DNA of 64,000 bases from NCBI GenBank assembly GCA_049516875.1, contig JBEKSS010000008.1, positions 1 through 64,000 of the forward strand. The letters are read 5' to 3'. This document shows, piece by piece, positions 9,804 through 20,446 of this stretch. This DNA is from Candidatus Bathyarchaeia archaeon (lineage in GTDB: Archaea > Thermoproteota > Bathyarchaeia > Bathyarchaeales > Bathycorpusculaceae). Both the position numbers and the translations under genes were made by a program. The stretch's first letter is position 1. Every line of letters starts with the position of its first letter. The notes under the pieces are model-generated. The model was given only the letters and a program-made list of their open reading frames with translations. It was not told the origin of the DNA and searched no databases.

Positions 9804-11249
9804 TTGGCAAAGTTGATGAAAACTAGAATCGGTACTGCCATTGTTATTGCGATGTTCATTCTCGTTGTGGGCTTTCCAGGATTTGCATCGACTGTATCGG
9901 CAGCGCGACCTGAAAACGGCTGGTCAGCGCATCCATTGATGCATGTTCGTCCGATGGCGGCAACTCCATCTCCGAATGCTCTCACTCCGACGCAGATACG
10001 AAGCGCGTATGGCCTTCCTTCCGCGGGGGGCGCGGGAACAACTATCGCCATCGTCGACGCTTACGATGACCCAAACGTCCTGAACGACCTGACCGTGTTC
10101 AGCACCCAACACGGTCTATTACCCATCAGTTTTGTAGAACACAAGATGGCAACAACGATTAGCGTGGACACGGGCTGGGCGCTTGAAACATCCTTGGATG
10201 TCCAATGGGCTCACGCCATAGCGCCAAGCGCGACCATACTGCTGGTTGAGGCCAGATCAAACAGTCTAGGCGATCTTCTCGCCGCCGTTAATTACGCTAC
10301 AAGCCAACCGAACGTCGTAGCAGTATCTATGAGCTGGGGCGGAACAGAGTTCAGCACAGAAACCTTGTATGACAGCTACTTCAGTTCCTCCGGAATCACC
10401 TTCTTCGCATCCTCTGGAGACAGTGGAGCGGGCGTAATATGGCCTTCAAGTTCACCGAACGTAGTCGCCGTCGGCGGAACAACCCTCAAATTTGTCTCTG
10501 GATCAGTAGTTGAGACGGGTTGGAGCGGAAGCGGCGGCGGCGTAAGCCGCTACGAGCCCAAACCAGCCTATCAAACAAACTTCGGCCTCTCAAGCAGCAT
10601 GCGCGCCGTGCCTGACGTTTCCTACGACGCAGACCCGAATACGGGCGTTCCGGTGTACGACAGCCTAGGCTATTCTGGCCAGTACGGATGGTTCCAAGTG
10701 GGCGGCACAAGCGCGGGCGCACCGCAATGGGCAGCAATCCAAGCTCTAGGGCTCACCACATCAAACAACAACTTCTACCAAGACGCAAAATCATCGGCTT
10801 ATGCTTCATACTTCAGAGACATCACAAGCGGCTCAAACGGGTACTCGGCAGGCCCTGGTTACGATTATGTCACAGGTTTGGGCAGCCCACTCACGACGAA
10901 TTACACGCTGTCGACGACACCACCGCCGCCGCCACCGCCAACTGCAGACTTCACGGTGTCGGCAATACCAACCAGCTTGAGCATCAGGACAGGATCTTCC
11001 AAAACTTCGACGATCACGATAGCGTCCTTCAACGGATTCACAGGCACAGTCACGCTCTTCGCGTCTGCCCCGTCTGGCCTAACCGCCACCTTTAACCCGA
11101 CTCAAGTTTCTGGGGGATCTGGCACATCAACGCTGACGATAAGAGTAGCGAGCAACATCAGATCTGGAACGTACACAGTGACAGTGAAGGGCACAAGCGG
11201 CTCGTTAAGCCACACCGTAAGTGTAAAGGTAACAGTCACGCGACGATAG
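9804..11249 (+). CDS. Secreted S53 (sedolisin-like) serine peptidase with C-terminal Ig-like domain
   Basis: ETSLDVQWAHAIAP, SSGDSG, GGTSAGAP, GYDYVTGLGSP; poly-Pro linker. Confidence 0.9.
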   Translation: MAKLMKTRIGTAIVIAMFILVVGFPGFASTVSAARPENGWSAHPLMHVRPMAATPSPNALTPTQIRSAYGLPSAGGAGTTIAIVDAYDDPNVLNDLTVFSTQHGLLPISFVEHKMATTISVDTGWALETSLDVQWAHAIAPSATILLVEARSNSLGDLLAAVNYATSQPNVVAVSMSWGGTEFSTETLYDSYFSSSGITFFASSGDSGAGVIWPSSSPNVVAVGGTTLKFVSGSVVETGWSGSGGGVSRYEPKPAYQTNFGLSSSMRAVPDVSYDADPNTGVPVYDSLGYSGQYGWFQVGGTSAGAPQWAAIQALGLTTSNNNFYQDAKSSAYASYFRDITSGSNGYSAGPGYDYVTGLGSPLTTNYTLSTTPPPPPPPTADFTVSAIPTSLSIRTGSSKTSTITIASFNGFTGTVTLFASAPSGLTATFNPTQVSGGSGTSTLTIRVASNIRSGTYTVTVKGTSGSLSHTVSVKVTVTRR

Positions 11250-11271
11250 ACACCTTAAACACATCCTCACC

Positions 11272-11279
11272 TTTTTTTT
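11272..11279 (+). terminator. Archaeal oligo-T terminator
   Basis: T8 run ~22 nt after the peptidase stop. Confidence 0.5.
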
Positions 11280-11444
11280 GGATTAACACGGCAAACAGCA
11301 AAGAATGTGCTTTAGCGCGCGCTATGCTGAGTTCCATATCCGAACCAGCAATACCAGTTATTCCTCTAGTGGTTACACAAGTGTTTAATCCACAGATGGC
11401 CCATATAAACTAGCTATTCAGAAGCTACAACAGAAGGATTTTGG

Positions 11445-14400
11445 ATGAAACAGTCACCTGTCGAGCTATCAAAAGAAGGCACTTTGGAAACAGCCAAAGC
11501 GCCAGCAGTAAGAGTCTTGCATGTGGATGATGATGCGTGTTTCTTGAAGACTGCAAAAGCAATCTTGGAAATGCAAGGAACATTTCAAGTGGACACTGCC
11601 TCATGTATTGAAGAAGCATGGGAAAAGATGAGGAAGGAAGAATACGATACGGTCGTCAGCGACTATCAGATGCCTGGAAAAAACGGCTTACAGTTTCTCA
11701 AGGAACTAAGAGAGAAAGGAAACAGTATTCCTTTTATTATTTTCACTGGAAAAGGCAGGGAAGAAGTGGCCATTAAAGCATTGAATCTTGGTGCCGACGG
11801 ATACTTCAACAAATCTGGACACGCCGAAACAGTATACGGTGAATTGGCACATGGCATACGACAGATCGTTGATAAAAGAAGACTAGAGCAATCGTTCTTA
11901 AAGAGCGAAGATAAATACCGACGACTGGTTGAAACTCTGCATGAAGGAATCTGGGTTATCGACAAAGATTCTCGCACAACCTTTGTCAATCCTCGCATGG
12001 CAGAGATACTGGGATACGACATAGAGGAAATGAAAGGAAGACATTTGTTCTCATTCATGGACGAACGTGAAGTGGAAATTGCTAAGCGCCTTCTGGAAAG
12101 ACGCAAGCAGGGTATCAAAGAACAGCACGATTTCGAGTTTCTCAGAAAAGATGGAACACGCGTCTATGTAACACTGGAGACATCGCCAATCACCGATGAC
12201 AACAGAAATTACATCGGGGCACTTGCAAGCGTAATGGACACTACTGAACGCAAAAAAGCTGAAGAAGACTTGAGGAACAGTGAGGAAAGATGGCGGTCAC
12301 TTGCAGAAGGCTCACCTGACCACATCATGCTGCTTGACCTTAAGTTTAATATCTTGTACATCAATCGAACCGTTCCTGACCTGAAAAGAGAGGAGGTAAT
12401 TGGAACATCTACGTTTAACTACATTCCTCCTGAATGGCATCGAGTTGCGAAAGACTGTTTCAAGCGGGTCATAGCAACAGGCAAGACAGACCATCACGAC
12501 ACTGAATACCGAACTAAGGATGGTGAAGTGAGATACTTTGACGTACGGATTGGACCTGTATTCCAAGAGGATAGGGTAGTTGCTTTGATAAGCAGTTCAA
12601 CAGATGTCACCTCGCAGAAGAAAGCTGAGGTAGAACTGAGGAACACAAAGAATTACCTTGACAATCTTTTGAATTATGCCAACGCGCCAATCATAGTTTG
12701 GGACAACGCAAAAAGGATCACCTTATTCAACAATGCATTCGAGGTCCTTACTGGTCGCAAAAAGGAGTCTGTGCTAGGAAGAAACATAGATATCTTGTTT
12801 CCTCCCTTACAAAAAGAAGAGATTCTGCAAACTATAGAAGGCGCTACGAAAGGTGAGAAGTGGAAATCAGTTGAGATACCCATTCTGTGTAAGGACAAAG
12901 AAACGAAAATCGCACTTTGGAACTCAGCAAATATAACAGACGAAGAAGGCAAAATAGTAGCCACTATTGCTCAAGGACAAGACATCACAGAACGCAAGAG
13001 GGTTGAGGACGCGCTCAAGCAAAGTAAAGAGAACTTTGAGTCTCTAGCGGAGAATGCCTTTGACGGCCTCTTAGTAGGGACCCAAGGAGGAGTCCATGCC
13101 TATGCGAACAAAAGGGCTGCTGAGATAACAGGTTACACCGTCGCCGAACTGCTTAGGACCACGATCAAGGAGCTGGTGCATCCTGACGAGTCTGAGAAGA
13201 TTTTGGAAAGATATCGAAGAAGGATTGAGGGAAGGGCAGTCCCGAATCCCTGTGAGACCGTCATCATTGCAAAAGACGGGAGAAGCGTTCCAATAGAGAT
13301 AGCTGGCGCACGGACCATTTGGGAGCGCAACCCCGCTGACCTGGTTTTCTTCCGTGACATCACCGAGCGCAAGAAGATGGAGAACACTTTACGAGAAAAT
13401 GAGAGAAAATATAGAGTACTCGTCGAAAATATTCCGCAAAAGATATTTATTAAGGATAAAAATTCAGTTTATGTATCTTGCAATGAGAATTACGCACGGG
13501 ATTTAAAGATCAAGTCTAATGAGATTATGGGCAAGACGGATTATGATTTTTATACTGAGGAATTGGCTGAAAAATACAGAGCAGACGATAAAAGGATTAT
13601 GGAGTCTGAGGAGACACAGGATATAGAGGAGGAGTATATCCAAAACGGACAAAAAGTGTATGTTCACACAGCCAAAACACCTGTCAAAGACGAAAATGAC
13701 AATGTAATTGGCGTACTGGGCATTTTCGGGGACATCACTGAACGCAAGAAAGCGAAAGTGGCGCTACAGGAGAGTGAGGAAAGATTTCGGGCGATAGTTG
13801 AGAGTGCGCCTTTCGGCTATTACCGCGTGGGGAAGGATGGGCTTTGGCAGTATGTAAATCCCGTGTGGGAACGCATGCATGGGCTCTCACTTGCGGAGGT
13901 TGTTGGCAAGTCTTTCGAAATCACCCAGACTGAAGACTCTGTGGAGCAGGCAAAGGAGTACGCCAAACGAGCATTGGCTGGCGAAACCATAGTAGGTGAG
14001 TTTAGCAGGCTCACAGGTGAAGGTGACATTGAGTACCACAGTTTCAACATACAGCCTGTTAAGCGCGATAACGAAATTGTGGCGATTGAAGGTTTCATTA
14101 ATGACATCTCAGAGCGCAAGAAGGCATTGGAGCGGTTGAGGGTTCTTAACGAAAAGTTGGAGGTTGTTGGAAAGTTGACCAGGCATGACGTTAGAAACAA
14201 ACTCTCCGTAGTCACAGGCAACGCTTATCTGGCTAAGAAGGCGTTGCCAAACGACCACCAAGCGTTATCATACATAAAACGCATCGAGTCTGCTTGCGAA
14301 CAATCGACGAGGATTCTTGATTTTGCAGCAATCTATGAGATACTAGGTGTTGAAGAACCCCATGTGGTTGAGGTGGGCAAAGCTGTTGAAGAGGCGGTTT

Positions 14401-14822
14401 CGCTGGCCACGGACTTGCATGGTGTAAAGGTGGTAAATGAGTGCCGTGGATTGGTCGTCTTGGCAGATTCGCTGTTGAAGCAGCTCTTCTACAATCTGAT
14501 TGACGATTCGTTGAGGCATGGTGAAAAGGTCAGTCGAATCAGGCTTCACTATAAAGAAGGAAAAAGTGGATTGAAGCTGTTCTATGAAGATGACGGCGTC
14601 GGCATAGCTTACGATGAAAAACCGAAAATCTTCAAAGGTTACAGCAAGACCAGAACCACAGGTTATGGGCTTACTCTGATCAGAAGGATGATGGAAGTCT
14701 ATGGCTGGACAATAGAGGAGAAGGGTGTACCAGGCAAAGGAGCCCAATTTGTCATAACAATACCTACGCGCGCGGACTCTAACCCGAAACAGAGACACAG
14801 CAACAAAAAGGCATTCTACTAA
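11445..14822 (+). CDS. Hybrid sensor kinase: REC, ~6 PAS/PAC, HisKA-HATPase
   Basis: LHVDDD, SDYQMPG, repeated DITERK, RHDVRNKL, DDGVGI, GYGL. Confidence 0.93.
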   Translation: MKQSPVELSKEGTLETAKAPAVRVLHVDDDACFLKTAKAILEMQGTFQVDTASCIEEAWEKMRKEEYDTVVSDYQMPGKNGLQFLKELREKGNSIPFIIFTGKGREEVAIKALNLGADGYFNKSGHAETVYGELAHGIRQIVDKRRLEQSFLKSEDKYRRLVETLHEGIWVIDKDSRTTFVNPRMAEILGYDIEEMKGRHLFSFMDEREVEIAKRLLERRKQGIKEQHDFEFLRKDGTRVYVTLETSPITDDNRNYIGALASVMDTTERKKAEEDLRNSEERWRSLAEGSPDHIMLLDLKFNILYINRTVPDLKREEVIGTSTFNYIPPEWHRVAKDCFKRVIATGKTDHHDTEYRTKDGEVRYFDVRIGPVFQEDRVVALISSSTDVTSQKKAEVELRNTKNYLDNLLNYANAPIIVWDNAKRITLFNNAFEVLTGRKKESVLGRNIDILFPPLQKEEILQTIEGATKGEKWKSVEIPILCKDKETKIALWNSANITDEEGKIVATIAQGQDITERKRVEDALKQSKENFESLAENAFDGLLVGTQGGVHAYANKRAAEITGYTVAELLRTTIKELVHPDESEKILERYRRRIEGRAVPNPCETVIIAKDGRSVPIEIAGARTIWERNPADLVFFRDITERKKMENTLRENERKYRVLVENIPQKIFIKDKNSVYVSCNENYARDLKIKSNEIMGKTDYDFYTEELAEKYRADDKRIMESEETQDIEEEYIQNGQKVYVHTAKTPVKDENDNVIGVLGIFGDITERKKAKVALQESEERFRAIVESAPFGYYRVGKDGLWQYVNPVWERMHGLSLAEVVGKSFEITQTEDSVEQAKEYAKRALAGETIVGEFSRLTGEGDIEYHSFNIQPVKRDNEIVAIEGFINDISERKKALERLRVLNEKLEVVGKLTRHDVRNKLSVVTGNAYLAKKALPNDHQALSYIKRIESACEQSTRILDFAAIYEILGVEEPHVVEVGKAVEEAVSLATDLHGVKVVNECRGLVVLADSLLKQLFYNLIDDSLRHGEKVSRIRLHYKEGKSGLKLFYEDDGVGIAYDEKPKIFKGYSKTRTTGYGLTLIRRMMEVYGWTIEEKGVPGKGAQFVITIPTRADSNPKQRHSNKKAFY

Positions 14823-14914
14823 TTTGGGGACAAGCCAGCGCGCTAATCCTTATCCAAGATTAATAACGTTTTTCCTCTTCGCGTGCGTCAATGAATGTTG
14901 GAATGTGGTTATTT

Positions 14915-15364
14915 ATGAACTTGCGGGAACTGATGATAACGAACGTAATCACCGTGGACAAAAACATGACGGTGCAATTGGCTGCGGGAACCATGAACAA
15001 GAAGAGAATAGGCTGCTTGGTGACCGTTGACAGAGAGGGAGTCAAAGGAATCCTGACAGAAAGGGATATGCTCATCAGAGTCTTGGAAGCAGGCAAAGAT
15101 CCCAAGACAACTATGGTGTCAGACGTTATGACCCAGAGCATTATTTTCGGGAATCCAACCATGCAGCTAGTAGAAGCCACGCGTCTAATGTTTCAAAATG
15201 GAATCAAGAAGCTGCCAATACTAGAGGATAATCGATTGGTCGGCCTAGTCACGCTGACCGACATAGCTCGCGCGACAAGCTGTGACAAGAAAACCATTGA
15301 TCTCATTGAAGCACTGTCAAACATGCACAAGATCAGCTCAGTTCAAGAAGACATCAACATATAA
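14915..15364 (+). CDS. CBS-pair protein
   Basis: IGCLV..GILTERD; IKKLPI..LVGLVTLTDI. Confidence 0.9.
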   Translation: MNLRELMITNVITVDKNMTVQLAAGTMNKKRIGCLVTVDREGVKGILTERDMLIRVLEAGKDPKTTMVSDVMTQSIIFGNPTMQLVEATRLMFQNGIKKLPILEDNRLVGLVTLTDIARATSCDKKTIDLIEALSNMHKISSVQEDINI

Positions 15365-15773
15365 ACACTTAGCGCTCGGGGTGCGTCTCTCTATTTTTTC
15401 GTTATTGAATGCCTTGTTTCTGTTATCGAAAATTGTAGCGCGCGCGCTAGGCGAGGCAAAAGCTGAATTATAGGTCACTTCTCATGGCGATTTAAGAATG
15501 GGCATGTGCGCTAGACTAAGAGTCACTTTAACCTGACTCTCCCTGTGTGTAGGGTGTTGTTTCTGCGTCGGTCTTTTATGCTCAGGAAGACAGGGGTGTA
15601 GTTTGAGCTTGATGAGTCGTGCTTTCACCAGAGCATATTCAGGCGTGTTGCCCAAATAATTCCCTCACAATGCGAGGTTGTTGTCCTCTGGTCAGAAAGC
15701 TTTCGAGTTTCCCTCTTGAAAGGCCGATTCGTCAAGCTCAGTAAATTGACCCGCGCAATGAGAGGTTAAGGTC

Positions 15774-15974
15774 GTGATTAAGCAGAGGAACCTTGGGGCT
15801 TGCCTTCAAGGTGAAGGTATCGACGTGGGTAGAGAGAGCATTTTTGTGAATATTACTTTGTATCGTGTTCCTGGCGATTTGGTGCGAGAGTTTGCTCGCA
15901 GGGTGGTTGTGAACTATCCTGGAGGGATGAGTGAAGCAATTCAGGATTTGATGAGGAGGGCGTTGAAGGAGTGA
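15774..15974 (+). CDS. Small ribbon-helix-helix-like protein (start uncertain)
   Basis: VNITLYRVPGDLVREF...MSEAIQDLMRRAL. Confidence 0.55.
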   Translation: MIKQRNLGACLQGEGIDVGRESIFVNITLYRVPGDLVREFARRVVVNYPGGMSEAIQDLMRRALKE

Positions 15975-16204
15975 ACAGGTCCAGAAGATGCGAGGACGGC
16001 GCCTGCGAGTTTGCCCCAAGCGTGGACAGCCGTCAACTTACGTCCAAGCGACCTGCTGACGAGGTGCGTTACGGCAGGCTGTGGGCTGAGGTTGAACTAC
16101 CGAAACTTCTGGCGAAAAGAGTGCATAGTGGTGGGGAGCAGCCAACCGTAACGTTGCAGGGTGCAGGGAACTTGAAAACAAAATAGCACACTTTTTGGCT
16201 AGAG

Positions 16205-17047
16205 CTATTTTTGGCACTTGGGGCAGAAGTAGACTTGACCTCCTCCCAAGCTTAGTTTCTCTATTGGAGTTCTGCATACAAGGCAGGCCTTGTCCTTCAT
16301 GTTTGGTCCCATGGCAGGCGTGTAGCCTCCTCGTTTTGCGTAGAAGTCTATGAACTGGTTTTTTCCGCCTAGTCGGATCCTCTGTTGAATCACCGTTCTT
16401 GTTGCGTCGTAGAGAGCATGCTTTTCTTCTTCGTTGAGCTCAGACGCCTTTCTTTTCGGGTGAATCTTGGCCCTGTAGAGTATATCCTGAAAAGCGCTGT
16501 TGCTCAAACCGACTGTGACGGCGTCTTTGCCGACGAGCACAGACTTGACATTCACGCTCTTCCCGGTCAGCTGCTTTGAAAAGCTTCTGAACGTGAATTC
16601 TGCTTCGTCCACAGGGGAGGCGACTTCGGAGAAGTCTCGCTTGTAGACATAGCTCTGTTCCAGTTCGTTGTCTTTCAGTGCTTGGATGACGCCCATGCCT
16701 GTTAAGGCTACTGTCAAGGCCGAGCCGTCGTTGAAACTGAGCTTAAGGTGAAACTTTTCGATGACGGTGTCTCCTTTGGCGTGGTACAGGACTCTGCCGC
16801 CGTATTCTGGTGCAAGAATCAGGTTCATCTTGTTGTCAAGCTTGAGGCGGATGACGTTGCCTCTGGAACTTACAGATTCAACTTTGCCGTTTGAGAGTCT
16901 GTCGAAGGCAGTTATGTCCTTGTTCACGAAGCCTATCTTCTGGAGTTTCTGATAGTTCTGCAGATGACAGGATTTCACTAGCTTTCCTTGAAGCTCCGTG
17001 TTCATCTGTTTCGCAAGAATCCTGGCTTCAGGAAGTTCAATGCTCAA
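16205..17047 (-). CDS. Fpg/Nei family DNA glycosylase
   Basis: ELPE N-terminus, H2TH region (GLSN..ILYRAKIHP), C-terminal CxxC..FCPKCQ zinc finger. Confidence 0.9.
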   Translation of the reverse strand: MSIELPEARILAKQMNTELQGKLVKSCHLQNYQKLQKIGFVNKDITAFDRLSNGKVESVSSRGNVIRLKLDNKMNLILAPEYGGRVLYHAKGDTVIEKFHLKLSFNDGSALTVALTGMGVIQALKDNELEQSYVYKRDFSEVASPVDEAEFTFRSFSKQLTGKSVNVKSVLVGKDAVTVGLSNSAFQDILYRAKIHPKRKASELNEEEKHALYDATRTVIQQRIRLGGKNQFIDFYAKRGGYTPAMGPNMKDKACLVCRTPIEKLSLGGGQVYFCPKCQK

Positions 17048-17318
17048 GAGCGAATCACTGCTGGTAAGAACCTAGTGGACGTTATTTAATCGTTACGCAC
17101 ACAATTTCTGACTCAATGAAAGGTACATAGCGCGCGCATAACGATTCAACTGCCTAGGAAGTCTGAATTTTCCATGTTCGTGTGAGGTTTTGCGAATGTG
17201 TCGTTTGAGGCTCCCGTGGTTCAAACCACAAGTTAGCAGTGGCAACTGCACACGAGTTAAATATTGATATGAGAGAATTGGATGTGTACAAATCAGAATC
17301 GGTTCGGAGAATGAGAGC

Positions 17319-18608
17319 ATGACAGAAGGAAAATCGCTTGATTTAGACAGGACTGTGATGGAGCTGGTCGTCAGTGATGATTTGTCAAAGAAGAAGCAGT
17401 TGGCCAAGAGGATTCGTGACGTTGCACGCGAGGAAGGGGTTTATCCGTGTAGTATCAATGAGTTTTACGTGGCCCGTGGCAGGGGCAGGTTCGACGGTTT
17501 CACGGTTCCTGCGATAAACCTGAGAAGCATGACGTACGACTTGGCCCGTAGCATATTCAGAGTTGCCAAGCGAAACAATTCTGGCGCGTTCATCTTTGAA
17601 ATTGCCAGATCCGAGATTGGTTACACCGGTCAGTCCCCGGCAGAGTATTCTGATGTGGTTTTGGCGGCTGCTTTGAAGGAGAGTTATTCTGGGCCTGTTT
17701 TTGTCCAAGGAGACCACTTTCAAGTCAACGCCGTCAAGTTCAAGGAGAACTCTGATAAGGAAATGGAAGGCTTGAAGGCTCTGATCCGCGATGCAATCGA
17801 GTCGGGTTTCTACAACATCGACATTGACTCATCAACACTTGTGGACTTATCCCAGCGCGATGTGAAGAAACAGCAGCTCCCGAACTGTGAGGTCTGCGCA
17901 GAACTCACGCGGTTCATTCGTGGAATTGAGCCGCAAGGGATTACGGTTTCGGTGGGCGGAGAGATTGGTGAAATTGGGCATCAGAACTCGACGCCTGAGG
18001 ATCTGCACGGGTTTATGGCAGGCCTAAAAGAGAGGTTACCCGTGGGATTCGTTGGAATCAGCAAGATTTCTGTTCAGACGGGAACGACTCACGGCGGTGT
18101 TGTCCTGCCCGACGGCTCGGTTGCGCAGGTGAACCTTGACTTCAACACGTTAAAGACGCTTTCTGAGATTGCCCGCAGAGAGTATGGGTTGGCGGGAGCC
18201 GTTCAGCATGGAGCATCAACCCTGCCTCCTGAGGCTTTCCACAAATTCGTCGAGTGCGGGACAGCTGAAGTGCACTTGGCCACGGAATTTCAGAACATGA
18301 TTTACGAGTCAAAACACTTCCCAGCTGATCTAAAGAAGAAAATGTATGAATGGCTGAAAGTCAACGCGGCAAGTGAGGCTAAGCAAGGAGAGACCGAGGA
18401 ACAATTCCTCTACAAGACCAGAAAAAAAGCGTTGGGACCATTCAAGAAAGACATCATGAGTCTGCCGCAAAAGACGCGCGATGCGATTGCAGCTGAAATC
18501 GAAAACAAGTTTGACTTCCTCTTCAAACAACTCAACGCCGTCAACAAAAGCGACCTGGTTAAAAAATATGTGCGCTCAACCTCTGCTTCACACACATCCT
18601 CAGTGTAA
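17319..18608 (+). CDS. Class II fructose-bisphosphate aldolase family protein
   Basis: VPAIN, QGDH, GGEIGEIG, GTTHGG, VQHGAS. Confidence 0.88.
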   Translation: MTEGKSLDLDRTVMELVVSDDLSKKKQLAKRIRDVAREEGVYPCSINEFYVARGRGRFDGFTVPAINLRSMTYDLARSIFRVAKRNNSGAFIFEIARSEIGYTGQSPAEYSDVVLAAALKESYSGPVFVQGDHFQVNAVKFKENSDKEMEGLKALIRDAIESGFYNIDIDSSTLVDLSQRDVKKQQLPNCEVCAELTRFIRGIEPQGITVSVGGEIGEIGHQNSTPEDLHGFMAGLKERLPVGFVGISKISVQTGTTHGGVVLPDGSVAQVNLDFNTLKTLSEIARREYGLAGAVQHGASTLPPEAFHKFVECGTAEVHLATEFQNMIYESKHFPADLKKKMYEWLKVNAASEAKQGETEEQFLYKTRKKALGPFKKDIMSLPQKTRDAIAAEIENKFDFLFKQLNAVNKSDLVKKYVRSTSASHTSSV

Positions 18609-18861
18609 AAACCCAAAAGAGCGCTAAGGCCCTCCTCTTTGTACTACGTCTTAACTTAGTAGCTCTGTCAGCACGAAAGCGCGCACCATCTCACTCAAGA
18701 TGGAATAGCGCACTCCAAGAATGTGGAGAAAGACGAAGAACGAGTGAATACTGACTTCGAATATATCTAAGATGGCCGCCAATTTACACAATAGCCAGCG
18801 CGCGCACTGTCAATTACGAGACCAAGAGACTATTTTACAGATTTCGGAACACGCATGCGGG

Positions 18862-19620
18862 CTATTTAGTGAGCACGGTGATACTACTGTTAGACAACGA
18901 GGGTATTATCAGATCTAATCCTTCGTCAAGATAATATGTCCTGAACGGCTGGACGTCAGCCGTGGACAAGGCAAGGTTTGATGAGCCTGAAGAAAGTGCC
19001 TTGAACGTCACTTGACATAGAAATCCTGAACCGTAAAACGTCGTTTGATTTCGCCCTAACAGACAATCGCCAGTAAGCACGAATCCTTTACCGTTTTGAA
19101 CAGATTGTAATGGTCTCTTAGTAAATTCTGTGCTATTGAAGTCTATAAGAGCCTGAGACACTGGGTATCTGTCTGAAAACACTTGCTGGCCAGGAACAGA
19201 AACATTAAGGCACTCTACAATTATCGGGTCGAAAAAAAGAATGACCTGCCAACCATACATGTTTCTGACGTTCTCAGCAAAGACGGAAACGAAAAACGTA
19301 TCACCGACATTCACATCGACTTCTTGAGGAAGCACGATAAACGTTGTTTCATTGGTAGCGTCTGGCATAGCAATGTCTGGCGTCGATTGAGTCGTCGACA
19401 CTGGGCTAGTCGTTCGCGTTGATTGAGTCACTGGCGTCGACTCAGTCGCTGGTGTCACGGTAGTCATTGGCACTGAGCTAATCGTCGGCGTCGGTTGAGT
19501 CGTTGGCGTCGAACCTGTCGCTGAAACAAACAAACCTATTAAGGTGATGCCTAGCAAGAAGAAAATGCATACGGTGAGATATGCTACTCTGGAAAATGCT
19601 CCACGGTACAACATAACCAT
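18862..19620 (-). CDS. Membrane-anchored Thr-rich cohesin-like domain protein
   Basis: N-terminal TM, Thr/Pro repeats, VGDTFFVSV..MYGWQV.L.FDP..GSG.LC.VTFKA. Confidence 0.75.
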   Translation of the reverse strand: MVMLYRGAFSRVAYLTVCIFFLLGITLIGLFVSATGSTPTTQPTPTISSVPMTTVTPATESTPVTQSTRTTSPVSTTQSTPDIAMPDATNETTFIVLPQEVDVNVGDTFFVSVFAENVRNMYGWQVILFFDPIIVECLNVSVPGQQVFSDRYPVSQALIDFNSTEFTKRPLQSVQNGKGFVLTGDCLLGRNQTTFYGSGFLCQVTFKALSSGSSNLALSTADVQPFRTYYLDEGLDLIIPSLSNSSITVLTK

Positions 19621-19949
19621 AACCCCACTTAAAGCTATAGAGAGATCGCAACTTTTATCTTTGTCGCAAACTCGAACGGATTGAATCGGCTCTGCAAGCT
19701 CTTTCAAAGGATTCGCATCTTCATGATTTCAAATGAAACAACGAAGGCCTCGGCAACGTTGTTTAACCGAGAGCGCGCGCGCAGACATAGGCTTCACCCC
19801 TTTTGTTTCATCCTTTTGGTTTTCAGGTTCTTGCGGCTCACGCCTAGAACCCACATCATCACTTTTAACGAGTAACTCTGAATCTTTGAAACTATTCAAA
19901 ATAGCATCCCATTGAGTCTCGTTTATGGCTGCAGCGAATCCAACCGCGC

Positions 19950-20161
19950 GCGGCAAGAGGATTCATCTCTGCGAGTTTGAAGCTGACAACTTGGCTGAAG
20001 GTCTGAACCAGTTTTTTGAAAGTGAAGTTGAGGTTCCGAGAATCTGGCACGGCAGCAAACAGACTATCAACACTTTGATAAGTGAAGAGGCTCTTTTGCT
20101 GGCAAAGTACCTGAAAAACGAAAGGCATTCATGGATTCCTAGAATCGTGAAGCGAGGCTGA
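19950..20161 (+). pseudogene. C-terminal fragment resembling archaeal solo Cas1 (casposase-type)
   Basis: VEVPRIWHGSKQTINTLISEEALLLAKYL..WIPR matches my recollection of solo Cas1 C-termini; not verified by search. Confidence 0.5.
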
Positions 20162-20446
20162 TGAAGCCCTATTAGGGAAGATATCTCCCGCAATCTCCTT
20201 TTTCATTCGGGATATCTCCTTAAGACTATCTTGGTGACTCTGGAATTTAAAGACCAATAGAAATAAGTTCTATTCAGGACTGATCATTTTCTCTTTTTCT
20301 ATAACCTTTTTCTTCTTATAACTTCTTTAGAAAGGTCTCCACAATCTTCTGCGTCTCTTTGTTTATCGTAAACTATATTTCCAACATACCAATAAGTTAA
20401 TAGTAACTCGGTGAGGTGACGGGTCAGAATTATTTAAGGTGGTTAC

